From the NCBI GenBank assembly GCA_038046605.1, contig JBBSVW010000079.1:1-29718 (forward strand): 29,718 nucleotides of DNA, in the 5' to 3' direction. A model generated the notes under the pieces. The model was not told the DNA's origin, made no database searches, and worked only from the letters and a program-made list of their open reading frames with translations. The DNA is from Candidatus Micrarchaeota archaeon. Its GTDB lineage: Archaea; Micrarchaeota; Micrarchaeia; Norongarragalinales; SBBD01. Of this stretch, positions 25,701-29,718 are shown in pieces (the stretch's first letter is position 1; every line of letters starts with the position of its first letter). The position numbers and the translations under genes were made by a program.

Positions 25701-26429
25701 CCCAGCATGAAGAGCTATTTCAATAAAACGACTTATCCCTCAAGATGTTTCACATATGAGTGGCCGATAATACCGGATTCTATGAAACTTGCTAACGAGG
25801 ATGATAAAATTTGGATGGGTTTAATGCCGTACGGAGGCACAAGAACAGATTTCAATAGATACATAACCGAGTCAGTTTCCGTATTCTCGGCCCGCTTAAT
25901 CCTTACAATTGCATTTGGCTTAGCGGGAGGCGTTCTTGGAGGAATTTATCTAAGTGGTGTAGCCGCATTCTCGTCGGGATTATCTGTATACACAATATCG
26001 ACTTTAGGTGCAATTATTTTGGGTAGTGCAGCAGGTTCTTTGGTTGGTCGTGGCACTTCCGAGCTAGTTTTAAGCCCCCATCCGAAAAAATGGATATATG
26101 TACAACCAGAATTCTATTCCTTCCCAGTTAGCCAGCAGTTGCCTACCGATCTCGAATCAGCGTACTTGCTTGGTCAATTAATTTATACCGGCGGAAAAGC
26201 ATGCTTTGGCTGCAATGACGTGCCATGGACTGTCCATGCTTATGCAGTATCACCATATGATATTTACAAATATCCAAATGTATTTGGAACCGAGTGGCAA
26301 TATGCTCATAAGAAAACTAGCCTAGATCCCGACGACATCGACACCGTAACAATTGATGATTTCGGGGATCAGAATTTGCAATTCCATATTTGTGGTAAAG
26401 ATATAGGTGAAACCGATTGCTACAGTTAA
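19731..26429 (+). CDS. Giant (~2230 aa) N-terminally anchored surface protein: prealbumin/carboxypeptidase-regulatory-like repeats, Cys-rich repeats, C-terminal Gly-rich hydrophobic hairpin
   Basis: TM segment 'VLVLLMLLIVGGIAFFAF'; repeated 'V.D..G..I.GA.V....T...G.A....GY' units; 'CG...Q.CC....C...L.C' repeats; 'LILTIAFGLAGGVLGG...LGAIILGSAAGSLVG' near the C-terminus. Confidence 0.9.
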   Translation: MGIGESLSEFYSKIEEGYYTLLDKLKDAGFPIYDLFVTPLESKGIPSLPVLVLLMLLIVGGIAFFAFSSQPVSLKLSVESDDGTAIDGASVILTSGDFRKEALTSDGVAEFTNLPKNKAATITVEKEGYAPVSRDIILGQLTSVKIIMEADAGVLIELLVVDFQGLALEGVAIDYTYADKSGEEITQSAVTDALGKAAINMPEKTQVTANALLSGYEPNSITFTPEKGQTKRIVLKKIEATPEPPPSSDKSQLEIQVKDDSDESAIEANLEIYDQDTQELLKEARTTRGIYKTSEFSVGAKIKVVSKSVGYEDAIKVKTLLPKTILPIRMVRQIIFTPPRPPTNDSVISVYNEKGSPLSSEIRMWEYLEEANYTLLKKLTGSELRMPLNPERLHYATAWKEGYLPAKSPLFIGSASINLTLIKGSANNSANISVIVIDEDAKKISGATIAFFDELGDQVAPFDLKTDFAGKVRVKYFPFGVYRFLASKSPQTGFVMANTAETTEITITLGSQHGTLEISATDWSGNETVAEFQASIAVSGDKNSTYSASCTAFSGSCSVDVRAGRDLVVAISAPGYEAASQVVKPIPNAAKIVKFKLMELGASTQSKIALDRVVDLNYNGTENLVAGSLYVALIDVYAGNSTDYSGVFVRLEDEAGNEIAHIVNYSWEGEIPDSVIGSMQIKKANPCVTSFEYPPQRMQPLSWLDAKYSFGGSAKVAYLFKVDSGLPASSLKIKYRSYSVIGRNFFRDPLDAILGEKEETGQKEWCEAQAKSASFAIEVCGGISQSCCASRDPSNGGLCNDNLQCKKGDGIATGICSLPTACGSSSYFCTDNNVCCERNGNKACIDSSKCSDENNRECNPGCESTSELCNSAGPVNEAGKCGDEDSLCGSEGAICCISGDKCEANLKCSPLQNRCIACGGRYQACCIFPPTDPKIACRDDLQCNYGVCSPPQLCGASKEKCVGGEVCCNVGDNKGACTAADDCKAPVKCPVCPSNFFCDSTNLDKPSCVDCKTNPSACGFCSLNDSSTACKNGICLLAPGKDYGLCTSCGNQSQPCCANNACSSPTLLCSNSTNKCEICGTVSSQCCPGSVCGGNLTCSSTNVCEACGMKGQTCCGNGAQCVQANTVCSSEDGNVCAFGNKDCNSESCLSFDFEQVQCDLSTKSCGKVTGTNGFVAHSLKNCGSNCSIGNLVVSYDVENLADTYPGELTIEISDIKSLEPISLFSGGNKITQLDHGNSRIRIPIPDSLWLKGKINFRPLAKNPRVILSFTFDNGNSEIVLRPFVSVINLQAPIPPKNLPNLFACEKLELKAVIYPGTTTPVIESSCDKIIFQVDPIFPADAIPFDDSGMSICGTYDLLFGTAANSSIYNNCFDYSASPGGKALRYWPSKNSACPISPVGNMVQAPNVTMGVRCLASEGATRGLEKKIQIIISNYSLLDIPALDISTINYKSSLLPLQALPPSFYLFNDEQYSPLRLVYALNNRVRTSDDNAFNRKDNFWLAEYSGTGSLFTRAATASQLIRKSEIASLISWDSSKKASPKIYFDDSSGSLAKMPSQVAAISQKEPLPKSLASKLVTKTLGRINPELNSLKNAFDSCKTSCESDVGTCKSDCPSGDDGFASVAKSLACGLACDAKKNPCLMQCSSNYANGVDLAFSKGIVSEFKSISTDVASKTAFRRSFEKSIFCTKAEPNEADTQNRAICRGSAADWLGIKKNIETDSQACTFCKEVYASSYGAPASDNDDVDSCDIRCQPDESAECSALGSTGYCASITAGESYINSTGANNICADGDDDPATDDGYGCLYSCNAKSPKLGDYCGMPSECSACSPDGKKFTESIVSYDYVWENTSRLFEVVIPSGVEAQDAMVPYKYFVSSPKAQPFTFSAVLPLTANMVYNQLNKAPYFNQIDNNLISIGDMPDACKVRQGIYLLQTKTHNGIAFYSESSDSSEIASLSPLSLSDNYPESQKRGEQDYCGNVPACNLFDPYDVESWKPSMKSYFNKTTYPSRCFTYEWPIIPDSMKLANEDDKIWMGLMPYGGTRTDFNRYITESVSVFSARLILTIAFGLAGGVLGGIYLSGVAAFSSGLSVYTISTLGAIILGSAAGSLVGRGTSELVLSPHPKKWIYVQPEFYSFPVSQQLPTDLESAYLLGQLIYTGGKACFGCNDVPWTVHAYAVSPYDIYKYPNVFGTEWQYAHKKTSLDPDDIDTVTIDDFGDQNLQFHICGKDIGETDCYS

Positions 26430-26487
26430 ATGATTAATGGTATCGATGAATCTGCATACTTAAAATTAGGGCAATTATCCCTTCACT

Positions 26488-27048
26488 CTAAAACAAGCTC
26501 TTCCCACCACTCCCCAAATCAGTCATGTCATCCGTTCCGCTGGTGCCAATCGAACTTGTGGATCCGGTTTCATCCGTATCCCCGCTTGCAACTGCTGCCA
26601 TCGCCCCAAACATGCTCATCGCATTTGTCATATCCTGGTTTGCGATATCCCCCGCTAAACCAGATGGAGAAGATTGTATTTTTGAAACCGCCTCTGCAAT
26701 CATCCCAAGCCTTTGCTCCATGATTGCCTCCAATTCCGCCTGGTCCTTGAATTCTGAATCCGCGATGATGCAGAAATAGACCGGCTTCATCTCATCCAAT
26801 TCCAAGTCGATTATTTTCTCATGCACCAAATCAAGCTCCGCCGCATCCTCCTCGAGCATAGTCAGGAATACAATCACGGCATCCGCGCCGTTCCTTAGGA
26901 GCATCTTGGAAAAGAGGGGAATTTTCAGGAGGTGCGGGACGGTCATTCGTTCAAGGGTTGTGGAGGGAATTCGCGTCTCGAAAACTTTTACCGCAGCCTC
27001 GTACACGTCCGCATAGTTGTAGATGCTGTCAAGGAAGCCGAGTTTCAT
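26488..27048 (-). CDS. Divergent archaeal riboflavin synthase (RibC)/lumazine-synthase-fold protein with an acidic low-complexity tail
   Basis: Collinear with my recollection of archaeal RibC: 'KLGFLDS...D', 'R.TVP....P...K.L...G.D.V', 'HE', 'K.V......E..D..EL....R'. Extra ~50-aa Ser/Gly/Thr/Asp tail. Confidence 0.6.
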   Translation of the reverse strand: MKLGFLDSIYNYADVYEAAVKVFETRIPSTTLERMTVPHLLKIPLFSKMLLRNGADAVIVFLTMLEEDAAELDLVHEKIIDLELDEMKPVYFCIIADSEFKDQAELEAIMEQRLGMIAEAVSKIQSSPSGLAGDIANQDMTNAMSMFGAMAAVASGDTDETGSTSSIGTSGTDDMTDLGSGGKSLF

Positions 27049-27049
27049 A

Positions 27050-27367
27050 TCAACCAACTTTTATGCCTTCCTTTGCCGCTATGTTTATTATGCCAATTTC
27101 ATGCCTTTTCCTTTCGTATTCCTCTGGCGTTAGGCAAATGATATCCGCCGGAAAAGGATGCGATAGCGAGCCATAGGCCAATTGCAGGCGTTCCCTGAAA
27201 TTATACTTCAAGAAGAATGAGGAAATGAGGAGCAAATCATAGTCGCTTTCCTTCAGGTAATCCCCCCGCGCCCTGGAGCCGAAAAGAATCATTTTTTCCG
27301 GCTTGAATTTGGCTTTCAATTTTTTTAAAACGTCGTTCAATCCTTTGCCATTTGCGCCCTTAGCCAT
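27050..27367 (-). CDS. Minimal nucleotidyltransferase (MNT antitoxin)
   Basis: 'ILFGSRARGDYLKESDYDLLLIS', 'DIICLTPEE', 'A.KEG'. Confidence 0.9.
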   Translation of the reverse strand: MAKGANGKGLNDVLKKLKAKFKPEKMILFGSRARGDYLKESDYDLLLISSFFLKYNFRERLQLAYGSLSHPFPADIICLTPEEYERKRHEIGIINIAAKEGIKVG

Positions 27368-27426
27368 TTCAACAACCTCTGGGTTTTTTCAATAAGCTCG
27401 GATGCTGCTCTATCATCGTAAAGATG
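27337..27426 (-). pseudogene. C-terminal remnant of a HEPN-domain gene
   Basis: A frame overlapping the MNT start reads HLYDDRAASELIEKTQRLLKWLRAQMAKD-stop, like the last HEPN helix. It is preceded by an in-frame TAA and has no N-terminal start codon. Confidence 0.6.
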
Positions 27427-27458
27427 TTAGGGAAAGGTTTTACGGCAATAAAAAATGA

Positions 27459-27613
27459 TAGCCCCGGGCAGATTCGAACTGCCGTCCTAGGCTGGCCCCG
27501 AAATGATCGGGAAAAACAATTTTGCTTTCCTCTTAAAATTTCACCAGAGGCCCATATCCTTGACCATTGCCTAAAGATTGCCGGATGCGGCAATCCTTCT
27601 AGACGACGGGGCT
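27459..27613 (-). tRNA. tRNA-Gln(CUG) with two introns: 32 nt in the D-loop (15/16; 27567..27598) and 50 nt at canonical 37/38 (27494..27543)
   Basis: Exons AGCCCCGTCGTCTAG / TGGTCAAGGATATGGGCCTCTGG / AGCCTAGGACGGCAGTTCGAATCTGCCCGGGGCTA give a 73-nt cloverleaf with A1-U72. The 37/38 intron forms a clear bulge-helix-bulge (CTCT/GGGG, GAAAT/ATTTC). Confidence 0.95.
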
Positions 27614-27638
27614 ATTATCGAATTGTTACAGAAAAACA

Positions 27639-27650
27639 CGTTTATAAACG
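27639..27650. promoter_or_regulatory. Palindromic TATA box CGTTTATAAACG between divergent tRNA-Gln and the giant gene
   Basis: Perfect 12-bp palindrome; its TTTATAAA core is ~28 nt from tRNA position 1 and ~24 nt from ATG27672. Confidence 0.6.
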
Positions 27651-27671
27651 AATTTATTCATCAATTCTGTC

Positions 27672-29718
27672 ATGGCCAAGGATGATGGGCAAGGTCCCTC
27701 CGCAATTGAATCCCTCAAGGAAAAATACGAGGAATTCATGGCAAGCCTTGAGGAAAAGGGCGTCCCATCCCCAAGGGTTTTGATTCCGGCAGTTTTCCTC
27801 CTCCTAATCCTGGTTGCGGGCTATTTCCTGATCCCTTCCAAACTGGTGCAGCAAAAGCAGGACCTATCCTTGAAAATAATGACCGATTCCGGAACGCCCC
27901 TCCCGAAAATGGAAGTTTCACTCTCCGGTGATGGAAAACTTTTGGGGGTAGCAACCAGTGATGATGATGGAGTTGCGCTGTTTCGGGGTGTTCCAAAAGG
28001 CGCCGCCCTAACCGTCGACATAGAGGATCCAAATGGCATCTATGCAATATTCAAGGATTCGATCTCCATTGACACCAAGGAAATCAAGCTCTCGCAAATA
28101 GAGGGCGGCGGAAAGGGAACTCCCTTTTCCGTTTGGGTCAAGGATGAAAACTCAATTTACATCACAGGCGCACAGGTGGTTTTGCAATTCGATGGCAGTG
28201 AAAAAATGGACGCATCGACGGATTACCATGGCGCAGCCGAATTTGACCTAACCACAATTCCAGATCACCTAACCGTAAAAGTGTTTGCAAACAGGCACGA
28301 GGATGCGCAAAAAAGCGTTTCAAAGGAGGAGATAGAATCCGGTTCAATTGTAATTACGATGGTTTCCCTCGAGCAAAAAAAGAACGGGGAAAAGGATGGG
28401 GAAGAAGAGCAGGATCCGAAGTACGGCTCCGTTTCAGTTTTCCTTGGATCGCTTAGCGGCGAATCGCTGGAGGGCATTTCCATTCTCATGAAGGATGCGG
28501 TAACTCTTCGCAACATTGCAATGGCAAAATCCGACTCAACCGGGAATGCGCTATTTGAGGATGTCCTTCTCGGAAAGGAATTTTTCATTGAGGTTTCCGA
28601 AAGCGCCAAATATCTGGGCATCTCCTCGGAATCATTTTTGCTAACAAGCAGCCGCGACACATTGGAAATTACACTTGATTTGAAGGAAAAGCGGCTTGGC
28701 GATTACCTTGATTTGGAAATTTCCTCCTCTGATGGTGCCATTTCCGATGCATTCGTGAACATTTTCGATGAAAAAGGAACGCACCTGAAAACGGATTATT
28801 CGGATGAGAATGGAAAAATAAGCTTCCTAGTTTCGCCGGAAAAGGATTATTATTTGACTGTTTATGCGCTTGATTATGCGCCCATCTCATTTACTTCCAC
28901 GCCTTCCAAAACACCGATAAAAATATCCCTAATGCCGCTTACAGAGGAAAATTCCGCGGAGTTAAAAATATCGGTTGTACAGGATGGTGAACCCGCCGAG
29001 AGAGTTGAGGTTACTCTTTACAAGGCGGATGGCAGATTCCTTGGGCTCCCTTCGGAATACACCGATTTGGAGGGAAATGCGGCATTCGCCATTCCAAAGG
29101 AACTGGAGGGCTCCCCCTACAAACTAATGGCAAGGGCATCCAAAGACTCATATTACGGGGAGAGTGCAACCGTATTTTCCAATTCCGTGGAAAGCCTCCA
29201 AATCAACCTTGTTGGCGCGCCTGCATCCCTAAGCTTGGAACTTATTGATGCGCTTAGGAAAAAGCCGCTCGAATCGGGAACAGTATCTGCAATAGATGCA
29301 AATGGTGGAATGCTCTCAACCTGCGAGGTGAAAGAGAAACTTTGTGCCCTATTGGTTCCCTCCAATTCCGAAATAACCCTCGTTGCCATTTCCAATGGCT
29401 ATTTGCAAACAACCTCGGATCCCCTGTCCCTTTCGCCAAGCGAAAATAGGCCCCTTCAATTAAGCCTTATCTCAAAGGCGGATGCAACTGGTGTTTCCAC
29501 TACTTTCATTGGCGTTTACGATTCACGTGGTGAGGTTACTGAACTAGGAAACGCGCAAAGCTACATCGCAAAATTCCTTGCCTCCTTCCAAACCGCTTCT
29601 GATATTTCCGGCTTCCACCTGCACCTTTCCGCCCCCGGCAATTTTGTTGAAATCACGGAAATAGACGCCGCCTACCAAACACTCTTTACCTCCTCATCCT
29701 TTTCATCCGAAAGCTGCT
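27672..29718 (+). CDS. Second giant membrane-anchored surface protein, paralog of 19731..26429 (3' end outside the window)
   Basis: Not in the ORF track. Manual translation is open for 682 codons: MAKDDGQGPSAIESLKEKYEEFMASLEEKGVPSPRVLIPAVFLLLILVAGYFL..., with the same 'LE.KG(I/V)PS' + TM + beta-sandwich repeats. Confidence 0.9.
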   Translation, partial: MAKDDGQGPSAIESLKEKYEEFMASLEEKGVPSPRVLIPAVFLLLILVAGYFLIPSKLVQQKQDLSLKIMTDSGTPLPKMEVSLSGDGKLLGVATSDDDGVALFRGVPKGAALTVDIEDPNGIYAIFKDSISIDTKEIKLSQIEGGGKGTPFSVWVKDENSIYITGAQVVLQFDGSEKMDASTDYHGAAEFDLTTIPDHLTVKVFANRHEDAQKSVSKEEIESGSIVITMVSLEQKKNGEKDGEEEQDPKYGSVSVFLGSLSGESLEGISILMKDAVTLRNIAMAKSDSTGNALFEDVLLGKEFFIEVSESAKYLGISSESFLLTSSRDTLEITLDLKEKRLGDYLDLEISSSDGAISDAFVNIFDEKGTHLKTDYSDENGKISFLVSPEKDYYLTVYALDYAPISFTSTPSKTPIKISLMPLTEENSAELKISVVQDGEPAERVEVTLYKADGRFLGLPSEYTDLEGNAAFAIPKELEGSPYKLMARASKDSYYGESATVFSNSVESLQINLVGAPASLSLELIDALRKKPLESGTVSAIDANGGMLSTCEVKEKLCALLVPSNSEITLVAISNGYLQTTSDPLSLSPSENRPLQLSLISKADATGVSTTFIGVYDSRGEVTELGNAQSYIAKFLASFQTASDISGFHLHLSAPGNFVEITEIDAAYQTLFTSSSFSSESC

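Noticed and set aside
13600-26429. Diversity-generating retroelement acting on the adhesin heads or giant-protein tip
   Set aside because: No reverse transcriptase and no template/variable repeat pair differing at adenines was seen in the window. A remote DGR cannot be excluded.
27369-27783. ORFs 27369..27593(-) and 27424..27783(+)
   Set aside because: They overlap tRNA-Gln and the start of the real giant gene, and show no protein motifs.
1-29718. CRISPR array, IS transposase, integrase or rRNA
   Set aside because: No regularly spaced repeats or recognisable cas, transposase, recombinase or rRNA sequence was found.

Overview
Archaeal chromosome segment, most consistent with a small-genome DPANN archaeon such as Micrarchaeota (inferred from rpoE'/spt4/rps24e/rps27ae, archaeal AdkA, class III signal-peptide proteins, giant Cys-rich surface proteins and tRNAs with non-canonical introns). 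From left to right it holds: a VapBC pair, tryptophanase, a PfkB kinase, a PEP-mobile-domain protein with a Bat-type HTH regulator, an AbiE-like type IV toxin-antitoxin pair bracketed by a 44-bp duplication of the rps27ae 3' end, the rpoE' cluster, a K+-independent H+-PPase, a PIN protein, tRNA-Lys(UUU) with a 199-nt T-loop insert, AdkA, three pilin-like lectin-domain proteins, AbrB/USP-like/HD genes, a ~2230-aa membrane-anchored Cys-rich protein, a degenerate RibC-like protein, an orphaned MNT with a HEPN remnant, a two-intron tRNA-Gln(CUG) and the start of a second giant paralog. The most striking observation is a ~105-nt T-shaped palindromic element found both inside the tRNA-Lys insert and between rps24e and rps27ae, with its two-hairpin core inverted relative to its flanks between the two copies. 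All calls come from motif reading by eye; no searches or folding programs were run.
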